Assembly (NCBI GenBank): GCA_017399915.1
Contig: JAFQAS010000061.1
Span: forward strand, 27,434 to 51,433
Direction of reading: 5' to 3'
Length of the DNA: 24,000 bases
Source of the DNA: Muribaculaceae bacterium
GTDB taxonomy: Bacteria; Bacteroidota; Bacteroidia; Bacteroidales; Muribaculaceae
Shown: positions 1 through 7,113 of the stretch, piece after piece
Layout: each line of letters begins with the position of its first letter
Numbering within the stretch: position 1 is the stretch's first letter
Translations under genes and position numbers: made by a program
Notes under the pieces: model-generated
Told to the model about the DNA's origin: nothing
The model's database searches: none
The model's input: only the letters and a program-made list of their open reading frames with translations

Positions 1-766
1 AATCTTAACTATCGAAATGCCTGTTTCTGAGCAAGAATACAAATCTCTCAGCAAACAAGAGCTCACTGATCGCATTTACGAAACTGCCAATGAGGCTCTT
101 AATCGCAAGAGCCAACGCATCATCGAAGTTGCACAACCGGTTATCAAAGATTGGGTAGAAAACCGCAACGCAACAGGCAAAATCATGGTGCCAATCACCG
201 ATGGCAAACGCATTTTCAACCTTCGCGTAGATATCACCGAAGCCTACAATACCGAGTGTAAAGCTATCGTTAAAGAATGGCACAAAGCGCTCATGCTCGT
301 TTCAATCGATGAGTTGTGGAAAGAACACCTTCGCGAACTTGACCAATTGCGTCAATCGGTTCAAAATGCTTCATACGAACAAAAAGACCCATTGGTAATC
401 TACAAAGTAGAATCATTCCACCTTTTCGAAGCTATGCTCAACAACCTCAACGTGAAAGCAATGTCGGCATTGTTGCGTGGTCAAATCTACATTCAACAAC
501 GCGAAGTCGCTAACGAAGAAGAGCAAACTCAACGTCAACCCGAGGTGAAACAAGCTATGCCTGAGCGTCGCAACGACTATTCTCAATATCGCACATCAAA
601 AGAGAATCTTCCAGGCGAAAATGCTCAACGCGCTGCTGCTTCGGCTCACCAAGGCGAGCGTCAACGTCCTCAACCGGTTGTTGCCGGTCCTAAAATCGGA
701 CGTAACGACCCATGTCCTTGCGGTAGCGGCAAAAAATACAAAGCCTGCCACGGCAAAAACATGTAA
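1..766 (+). CDS. secA: Preprotein translocase ATPase SecA, C-terminal part (gene starts upstream of the window)
   Basis: The frame is open from base 2 with no upstream stop. The translation ends ...[22 protein letters not shown], the Cys/His zinc-binding tail typical of SecA. A strong terminator follows. Confidence 0.9.
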   Translation, partial: ILTIEMPVSEQEYKSLSKQELTDRIYETANEALNRKSQRIIEVAQPVIKDWVENRNATGKIMVPITDGKRIFNLRVDITEAYNTECKAIVKEWHKALMLVSIDELWKEHLRELDQLRQSVQNASYEQKDPLVIYKVESFHLFEAMLNNLNVKAMSALLRGQIYIQQREVANEEEQTQRQPEVKQAMPERRNDYSQYRTSKENLPGENAQRAAASAHQGERQRPQPVVAGPKIGRNDPCPCGSGKKYKACHGKNM

Positions 767-785
767 GATATTCAATCATCTATAT

Positions 786-826
786 AACACGAGCGTTGTC
801 AATCGACAACGCTCGTGTTGTTTTTA
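786..826 (+). terminator. Rho-independent terminator of secA
   Basis: Perfect 15-bp stem aacacgagcgttgtc (786-800) / gacaacgctcgtgtt (805-819) with loop aatc, followed by gttttta. Confidence 0.8.
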
Positions 827-867
827 TTAAATCAATTAAGAGCAGAATGACAGAATTATTTTAGCAT

Positions 868-1085
868 TCACCCCCTCCCCCCTTCGGGGTACTCCCCCTA
901 AAATTATCTTCGTAAATTTCAGAGGGAGAGTTCCTTATGCTATTGGGAATATAACTATTCCTTTGTTTTTCGCAGAAAAATAGGGGGAACCTCGCAGTGC
1001 TCACATGTGAGCGAGCAGTGTATGTCGGCTTGCCGGTACACAATTGCGAGACTCACCGTACCAGGATTGCACTGGAGGGGATTAA
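868..1085 (+). repeat. Modular hairpin repeat, full-length copy 1 (~218 bp), termini tcaccccctcc ... ggaggggattaa
   Basis: The left module (mini-hairpin cccc-ttc-gggg at 879-889 plus long hairpin actccccct...agagggagagt) matches the copies at 12857, 13504 and 15408. The right half (983-1085) aligns with 13621-13733. The motif ttgtttttcgcagaaaaa also occurs at 13021-13038. Confidence 0.7.
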
Positions 1086-1106
1086 GCAAAAATGTTATGC
1101 GTCAGC

Positions 1107-1164
1107 CTAACTCTCCTCCTATTCCTTGAAAAGGAGGAGTACGGCGAAGCCGGGAGGTGGTTAA
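1107..1164 (-). repeat. Solo left module of the same repeat family, inverted orientation
   Basis: ctaactctcctcct-attccttgaaa-aggaggagtacggcgaagccgggaggtggttaa is the reverse complement of the left module at 12857-12920 and 15408-15472, with the same stems and a different loop. Confidence 0.7.
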
Positions 1165-1440
1165 ACAATCTTTGGATCAACAAAGTTATAGTTCTCTAAT
1201 TATTTCCCATGACGGCATTGCCGAAGGTAATGCTTAATAGTAGCCGGGGACAATAGTGCCAACGAGAGCAATATATCAAACTTGTTTGATTATTGCTGAG
1301 TGCAACCGATTGAAAGCCTAAATTAATTGACTTGAGAAGGCAATGCCCGGAATGAGTTTAAATTGAATTTGAGTCTGGAGGACTCATTATTTAGGATAAT
1401 TAATGTTTCTTTCAGAATCTACTCCACTTTAATACACCAA

Positions 1441-1471
1441 CCGGGCATAACCACTAAGTGGCTATACCCGG
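1441..1471 (-). terminator. Candidate terminator hairpin downstream of the FGE-OmpA gene
   Basis: 14-bp inverted repeat ccgggcataaccac / gtggctatacccgg. Its two mismatches are G-U wobbles only when read on the minus strand. There is no clear U tract. Confidence 0.3.
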
Positions 1472-1541
1472 CTATATACTAATCAACCCATTAGGGTTGC
1501 CTTTGTTTTTGAAAGTTTTTTATCTTACATCAATGACAACC

Positions 1542-3956
1542 TTATTCCATAGGCTCAATTACGATTTCCACGCGGCGATTGAGTGCGCGCCCCTCCTCTG
1601 TTTCATTTGATGCCACATAGTCGGCCAACGGAACGCCTTGTGATGTAAGTCGTGACGCTGAAATACCTAATAATGTCAATCGGTCACTTACTACTTTAGC
1701 TCGACGATTTGATACTCGTTGGTTTGCTTCAAGTGTTCCCACATTATCGGTATAACCTTTAATTATCACGTTGGTTGAAGGCAATTTCTTTAAAGCTTCA
1801 GCCACTTGTTCGATATATTTTATCGCTTGGGCATTGAGGGTAGATTTCCCAAATTCAAACAAGATTTGATTCTCAAAAACAATTTTGAATGCACGACGAC
1901 CATCTTCAGTGACCACTTGTTCCACTTTTACATCTTTTCCGAATGCTTCTTCAAGCTTCGCTTGTTCGAGAGCTATGTCGTAATTTATTTGTGAGGTTTG
2001 TGCCAATTGTGGATTTTCAATCACCTCATTGTTATTATCAAGACCTATTGACAATGGAAGCCAATCAGCATCATTGCGATAAATAAACACTCCATTATAC
2101 AAAATCAAATCACGATAAATAGGTTCTACAATTTCTGTTCCTTTCAAGTTACAAGCACCATATTTGCCGTTTTTACACACACGATAATAGTAACGTCCAT
2201 CGGAACAAGTTTTGAGTATCGATGAATAGCAACGATCAATAGAAATAAGATAATTTCCGGCGCAATCATAAATACCACAATAATTACCGTCACCAACTAA
2301 GAAATAACCACCATAATAAGGCATATATTTAACATTAACATATTCAGCAGGGACAATAACCTTGCCTCCCGCTTGCGCCCCACAAAGAGTTGACTCTCCC
2401 TTCAATGAAATCCACTCATAGCCATCTCGCTCACTATTTATTCCAATCTCATCAATTTTAATTGCTAATCGGAAACCATAAATATTACACGCTGTACATT
2501 CCGTTCCATCAACACTATTAACTTGACAATCTACATTCTCGTTAGCATAATGCCCCCCTCTCGCAGGCATAAATGTTCCAATCTGATTATCACAAATAGG
2601 ATTAAAATTAACATGAGAATGTGTATTCCAATCATAAAAACCTTCATCATACCATTCTGCAACATTTCCACTCATATCATATAAACCAAGCTCATTTGGT
2701 TTTTTTAATTTTACATTATGTGTTCGTCCGTAATCATAACTTTCTCCATACCATGCAACATCATTTATATTGTTACTTCCACTATATTTATAGCCTTTGC
2801 TATATTTACCGCCACGAGCTGCAAATTCCCATTGAGCCGCTGACGGTAAACAATAATTCTTTCCAGTTAAAACTCTTAATCTCTCACAAAATAGTTGAAT
2901 TTCATCCCAAGCGATTGTTTCAACTGGTCTCTTTTTACCCTTAAATTCGCCATCTGATTTTCCCATTATCGCTTCCCATAATTCTTGAGTCACTTCAGTT
3001 TCTCCTATAAAATAATTACTTAATGTTACCTTCGACAATTCATCTGAATCATAAAGCACATTCATTAATAATGAGCCTCCTTCAACAGCAATCATCCTAA
3101 ATGATACTCCATTAACATTTTCTGTAAATGTTTTGAATGGAATATTTTTAGGATGAAATCCTTGAATAGGCTTTTCTATCATATCACATGCCAATCTTAA
3201 ACCTAGGCTTCTTATGTGAACCCATTTTTCTTGGCTATTAAAATCTCTAACTTTTAAACGGCTTTCAAAATCTACATATCCCCCTCCTTTAATTATTTTA
3301 CATTCTATATCTAGCCGTTGAGGATCGAAAGAAACACCACACCATTCCGCCACATTGCCAGTCATATCAAATATGCCTAGTTCATTAGGTTTTTTCAGTT
3401 TTACTGGGTGTGTTGAAGCATTTCCATTCTCATAAAAATATTCTTTTTGATAATACCACGCAACATCACTTATATTATTACTTCCACTATACTTATATCC
3501 TTTGCTATACTTACCGCCACTTGCTGCATATTCCCATTCTGCTTCAGTTGGAAGTTTAAAACCATACTTGTTATTTGTTATATTGTTTAATTTGTCAATA
3601 AACACCAAACAATCATAGTATGTAATTGTTTCAATAGGGTTTTGTGGATTATTAAATGCAGAAGGATTATATCCCATCACAGCTTCCCATAACTCCTGGG
3701 TTACTTCGGTTTCTCCTATATAAAAATCATCTATGGTTTGTTGTGAAATAGAGGCATTGACAGAAGCTTCCGCGTCATAATTCGGAAGATTGGGGCTTTT
3801 ATTTTGCTGCCCCATCGTGAATGTGCCGCCTTCGACGTAAATCATTTTGAAGGAGACGCCATTGACCGTTTCAGTGAATGATTTCTTTTGGGCAAATGCT
3901 GTTAAACTCGATAAGGATAGAATCAGAGCAATGGTAAGAAATGTTAGTTTTCTCAT
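1542..3956 (-). CDS. Secreted multidomain protein: signal peptide, two SUMF1/FGE-type (C-type-lectin-fold) domains, WG-repeat-like region, C-terminal OmpA-like peptidoglycan-binding domain
   Basis: The 804-aa ORF starts with the N-terminal signal MRKLTFLTIALILSLSSLTAFAQ. Two FGE-family cores are present (VTQELWEAVMG...LPTEAEWEYAA.GGKYSKGYKYSGSNNI.DVAWY...PNELG..DM.GNVAEW...GFRLA). The C-terminus reads GYTDNVG...NQRVSNRRA...NRRVEIVI, an OmpA_C-like signature. Confidence 0.85.
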   Translation of the reverse strand: MRKLTFLTIALILSLSSLTAFAQKKSFTETVNGVSFKMIYVEGGTFTMGQQNKSPNLPNYDAEASVNASISQQTIDDFYIGETEVTQELWEAVMGYNPSAFNNPQNPIETITYYDCLVFIDKLNNITNNKYGFKLPTEAEWEYAASGGKYSKGYKYSGSNNISDVAWYYQKEYFYENGNASTHPVKLKKPNELGIFDMTGNVAEWCGVSFDPQRLDIECKIIKGGGYVDFESRLKVRDFNSQEKWVHIRSLGLRLACDMIEKPIQGFHPKNIPFKTFTENVNGVSFRMIAVEGGSLLMNVLYDSDELSKVTLSNYFIGETEVTQELWEAIMGKSDGEFKGKKRPVETIAWDEIQLFCERLRVLTGKNYCLPSAAQWEFAARGGKYSKGYKYSGSNNINDVAWYGESYDYGRTHNVKLKKPNELGLYDMSGNVAEWYDEGFYDWNTHSHVNFNPICDNQIGTFMPARGGHYANENVDCQVNSVDGTECTACNIYGFRLAIKIDEIGINSERDGYEWISLKGESTLCGAQAGGKVIVPAEYVNVKYMPYYGGYFLVGDGNYCGIYDCAGNYLISIDRCYSSILKTCSDGRYYYRVCKNGKYGACNLKGTEIVEPIYRDLILYNGVFIYRNDADWLPLSIGLDNNNEVIENPQLAQTSQINYDIALEQAKLEEAFGKDVKVEQVVTEDGRRAFKIVFENQILFEFGKSTLNAQAIKYIEQVAEALKKLPSTNVIIKGYTDNVGTLEANQRVSNRRAKVVSDRLTLLGISASRLTSQGVPLADYVASNETEEGRALNRRVEIVIEPME

Positions 3957-4281
3957 GGTTTTGATGTAATTAAGCCTCCTATGTCCTCGAATTTGGCAGT
4001 ATATTAAATAAGGAAGGCGTAGGACATTGTCAGTTTATCTTTCACGAGGCATCGCCAAACACCTTAGCACATAATAAACAGTCCACTCCCACGCCTTATC
4101 GCTATATCGATTTCCTTGACAGGAAGTGGATATACAACGACAAAGGAGAGCATTTGACCATTTATCCTATGTGCTTAATTTTGGCGAAATTTCGTGAAAA
4201 GGATAAAGCTGAAACGCTTCCAAAATATGTCTCCCATGGGGAGGGCAACTCTCTGCCACCCACAAGATTGATACAAAAATA
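3957..4281 (-). promoter_or_regulatory. Predicted -7 promoter box (TATTTTTG, 4281..4274) plus ~310-nt conserved 5' leader of the FGE-OmpA gene
   Basis: No proximal TAnnTTTG box and no credible ORF are present. The region is collinear in blocks with 14728-15074, upstream of the second FGE gene (see findings). Confidence 0.5.
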
Positions 4282-4462
4282 CGAATAAATTAAGAATTGA
4301 GGGTTAAGAATTGAGAGTTTTTTTCGCTTTTTGTTATTTTTTCTTGTATTACCGAGATGCCACCTATCTAAGGCGACTGCCAACGATAAGAATAATAGAG
4401 GGAAAACATTGGGTTTAGTTTTATTTTATGTGTGTTCTTTTTATTCTTTCAGTGATAATTTG

Positions 4463-4470
4463 TAACTTTG
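4463..4470 (+). promoter_or_regulatory. Bacteroides-type -7 promoter box TAACTTTG
   Basis: Matches TAnnTTTG and ends 7 nt upstream of the ATG at 4478. Confidence 0.5.
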
Positions 4471-4477
4471 TGGTATT

Positions 4478-4798
4478 ATGACAGCTGACGAAAAATTACA
4501 TATTGAAGAAAAGGTTGTAGAGATGATTAAAACCGTCTACGACCCAGAGATACCTATCGACGTGTATAGCCTTGGTTTGATTTATAAAATCGACCTTGCC
4601 GACGATGGTGCATTGAATATCGACATGACTCTAACCGCTCCCAACTGCCCTGCCGCCGACTTTATTGTCGACGATATGCGCATGAAAGTGGAAAGCGTGG
4701 AAGGAGTGACAAGCGTAAATATCAACATTGTCTTTGAGCCTGAATGGAACAAAGATATGATGACCGAAGAAGCTAAATTAGAACTCGGATTTCTATAG
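4478..4798 (+). CDS. DUF59/MIP18-family Fe-S cluster assembly protein (SufT-like)
   Basis: The 106-aa ORF carries ...VYDPEIPIDVYSLGLIY...TLTAPNCPAADFI..., typical of DUF59 metal-sulfur cluster biosynthesis proteins. Confidence 0.8.
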   Translation: MTADEKLHIEEKVVEMIKTVYDPEIPIDVYSLGLIYKIDLADDGALNIDMTLTAPNCPAADFIVDDMRMKVESVEGVTSVNINIVFEPEWNKDMMTEEAKLELGFL

Positions 4799-4848
4799 GA
4801 ATTTTCTATAAATTCCACGAATTAATCAAACAGTAGTTATTGAATCGC

Positions 4849-5607
4849 ATGACTCAACGCAACAAAACATATTTCATATCTGATTTACATCTTGGCGCAA
4901 AATATCTAACAAATCCGTTAGATTACGAGCGCAAGGTAGTGCGTTGGCTTAATTCGATAAAAGACTCGGCAAAATCCATCTATCTTCTTGGCGACATACT
5001 CGACTATTGGTATGAATATCGCAATGTTGTGCCACGTGGTTTTACCCGTTTCTTAGGCACACTTGCCACACTTGCCGATGAAGGGATTGAAATACGTTGG
5101 TATATCGGGAACCACGATATATGGATTTTTGATTACCTTCCCCAAGAAATTGGCATGACTGTAGTTGATGGCTATGAGATAAAAGAGATTGATGGTCATC
5201 GATTCTTCCTATCTCATGGTGATGGTATAGGCAGCCTCAAACCCGGGTTTAAATTTATCCGTTCGATATTCCGCAATAGAGTGTGCCAAAAATTATTTTC
5301 GGGCATACACCCACGTTGGACAGTGCCTTTTGCCCACAGTTGGTCATCGCATAGTCGCAACTTCTGTAATGAGAAACCACAATTTTTAGGCGAAGATAAA
5401 GAACCATTCATCTCATTTGCCCGTCAATGGCTCGACAATCACCCCAATGAACATATCGACTATTTCGTGTTTGGTCATCGACATATATTGCTCGATTTTG
5501 ATCTTCACAAAGATTCTCATGTAATTGTACTTGGCGACTGGATTCACCACTTCTCATATGCCGTCTATGATGGCAAAACGCTTTCGCTCGACTCTTATAA
5601 GGAATAA
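4849..5607 (+). CDS. lpxH: UDP-2,3-diacylglucosamine diphosphatase (LpxH-type calcineurin-like phosphoesterase)
   Basis: Metallophosphoesterase motifs are present (ISDLHLG, LLGDILDYW, GNHD, SHGDG, GHRH) and the size fits LpxH. The track ORF begins at a TTG at 4840, but I prefer the ATG at 4849. Confidence 0.75.
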   Translation: MTQRNKTYFISDLHLGAKYLTNPLDYERKVVRWLNSIKDSAKSIYLLGDILDYWYEYRNVVPRGFTRFLGTLATLADEGIEIRWYIGNHDIWIFDYLPQEIGMTVVDGYEIKEIDGHRFFLSHGDGIGSLKPGFKFIRSIFRNRVCQKLFSGIHPRWTVPFAHSWSSHSRNFCNEKPQFLGEDKEPFISFARQWLDNHPNEHIDYFVFGHRHILLDFDLHKDSHVIVLGDWIHHFSYAVYDGKTLSLDSYKE

Positions 5608-5752
5608 ACACACCCTTTTTAGCGAAAATCATTGAAACATGTTTAACAACATATGTTTTTTCTTGCTCACGCAGTAAAAAACACCGAAATTTGCATCACA
5701 AACCTAAAACAATCTTTTTTACCTTAGAAATTATACCTATTGGAAATCATAG

Positions 5753-5790
5753 AAACGAGTTTGCAACCCTGCAAGCTCGTTTTCTATTTT
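5753..5790 (+). terminator. Rho-independent terminator after lpxH
   Basis: 13-bp stem aaacgagtttgca / tgcaagctcgttt (one U-G pair on the plus strand) with loop accc, followed by tttctatttt. Confidence 0.65.
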
Positions 5791-5871
5791 GCACTTAGTC
5801 TACACTATGACCACTTTTAATGGATCAATGGAAATTTAGCAAAGGGGGCATGCTCCGACATATTTCGTCCC

Positions 5872-5913
5872 AATAAAGAAAAAGCAACATTCCCAATCGG
5901 GAATGTTGCTTTT
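5872..5913 (-). terminator. Rho-independent terminator after the M23 peptidase gene
   Basis: Perfect 14-bp stem aaagcaacattccc / gggaatgttgcttt with loop aatc. A T-rich run follows on the minus strand. Confidence 0.7.
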
Positions 5914-5941
5914 ATCTATATTCGTATTATTTATGTTAGTA

Positions 5942-6817
5942 TCATTTTTCAGAGTCAGTCTTTTCTGAAGCACTTGACACATAACCATTGTTTTTTGTGC
6001 TCTTAGAATAAGACTTTCTTGCATATGATTTTTTAGCAGCTGATGGTGATTGATTTTTTGTGCTTTGGTAAGAGCTCTTATTGAAAGCAAACACTTTTGC
6101 ATGAACTTCACCTTTTTCAAAGTTGATAATATCGGCAGGATTAATAGCCACACCCATATAACGAGTTTCGAAGTGTAGGTGAGCGCCAAAGCTACGACCA
6201 GTGTTACCTCCTAACCCAATTGTTTGACCTGCTTCAACATAATCACCACGTTTTACCATATGTTTTGAAAGGTGGCCATAAACAGTTTCAAGACCGTTAT
6301 CATGACGGATCACCACATAATTACCATAACCATTTGCTTCGTAATTTACAATACGTACACGTCCGCTAAAAGCTGCACAAACTTCATCACCTGTTCTTAG
6401 ACGCATATCAACGCCACGATGCATACGACGAAACTTAGGACGATAGCCATAAGCTGAAGTTACTTTACCGGGAACCGGCATATGGAAACCTGTAACATCG
6501 ATATTGGCTGTAGAGGGAACTGTAACATCTGTATAACAGTTTACGCGAGGGTTATCCCAACCATGTTCTGCAGATACTGTGCTAACTGATACATCTAAAT
6601 CTTCTTCGGCAGCTGAAGTTTCACCAAAAACAGAGTTGATTAATTTGTTAGCTTCATCGTTTTTAATCTTGTTTGAGTTTTTGTTCACGCCAGCGATATA
6701 CTTTTCGTGTTGTGATGCGTGAGCTGTTTTAAAGTTATCTTGTGCCGAGAGAGAGAGAGTAGCACAAAGTGAAAATGCAATTAAAGATAATGTCTTCAAA
6801 TTTTTTTTCAAATTCAT
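5942..6817 (-). CDS. M23 family (LytM-type) metallopeptidase, secreted
   Basis: M23 signatures are present (HRGVDM, VRIVNYEANGYGNYVVIRH, GNTGRSFGAHLHFE). I prefer the start at Met33 of the track ORF because it gives the signal peptide MNLKKNLKTLSLIAFSLCATLSLSAQ. Confidence 0.85.
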   Translation of the reverse strand: MNLKKNLKTLSLIAFSLCATLSLSAQDNFKTAHASQHEKYIAGVNKNSNKIKNDEANKLINSVFGETSAAEEDLDVSVSTVSAEHGWDNPRVNCYTDVTVPSTANIDVTGFHMPVPGKVTSAYGYRPKFRRMHRGVDMRLRTGDEVCAAFSGRVRIVNYEANGYGNYVVIRHDNGLETVYGHLSKHMVKRGDYVEAGQTIGLGGNTGRSFGAHLHFETRYMGVAINPADIINFEKGEVHAKVFAFNKSSYQSTKNQSPSAAKKSYARKSYSKSTKNNGYVSSASEKTDSEK

Positions 6818-6902
6818 AATTCTAATTTTATCGCCCGTAACATGAAAAACAAATTGGAGAGGGGGCGGGTTTAAATTATTTTTACTATTTGTTTGACGGG
6901 AG

Positions 6903-6910
6903 CAAAGGTA
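6903..6910 (-). promoter_or_regulatory. -7 promoter box TACCTTTG (minus strand)
   Basis: Matches TAnnTTTG about 85 nt upstream of the M23 start codon. Confidence 0.4.
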
Positions 6911-7113
6911 CAACGATTCATTTGACTACCAAAGAATTGCACAAATAAAAAATGTAAACTGAAAGGGATAAATCTTAAAAGAGCTACACATCTCGCTAAT
7001 AACCAGCATGTTATAAAATCGAATTTTTTGCATCTTTTTTTTGGCCGTGTGTAATGCGTTGCTCAGCAAATGTTAATTTGTGGTTAAAATTTGTAATCAA
7101 AATGCCCAAAATT

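Noticed and set aside
621-830. The 69-aa ORF overlapping the end of secA and its terminator.
   Set aside because: It is an alternative frame of the secA C-terminus and runs through the terminator hairpin. It has no start-site context and no domain.
861-1043. Short ORFs inside the repeats: 861-1043 (-), 13663-13845 (+), 15559-15744 (-), 12662-12911 (-).
   Set aside because: They lie entirely within repeat modules, and their reading frames are not preserved between copies because of indels such as the 8-bp duplication at 13645-13660. They are rich in Gly, Pro and Arg because of the GGAGG/CCTCC boxes. They are most likely chance ORFs.
767-1541. Known structured RNAs (tRNA, RNase P, SRP, tmRNA, common riboswitch cores), looked for in the long non-coding gaps.
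   Set aside because: I could not recognise any cloverleaf or hallmark conserved core, such as GGAAAGUCC for RNase P. This was an inspection by eye only. A covariance-model scan with Infernal/Rfam would be decisive.
3957-3990. AGGAGG upstream of both FGE genes (plus-strand gcctcct at 3974 and 14747), considered as a possible Shine-Dalgarno site.
   Set aside because: It lies about 19-24 nt from the ATG, too far for SD function, and Bacteroidetes generally do not rely on SD pairing. It is more likely part of the conserved leader.
4162-4383. ORFs inside the two FGE leaders (4162-4383 - and 14669-14935 -), and a shared AUG giving MGDIF... at 4238 and 15031.
   Set aside because: The two leaders differ by indels directly after the fifth codon (tattttggaagcg versus tatttgtgaaagcg). 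The peptides would therefore be unrelated (20 aa versus 39 aa). Conservation is at the nucleotide level, not the protein level.
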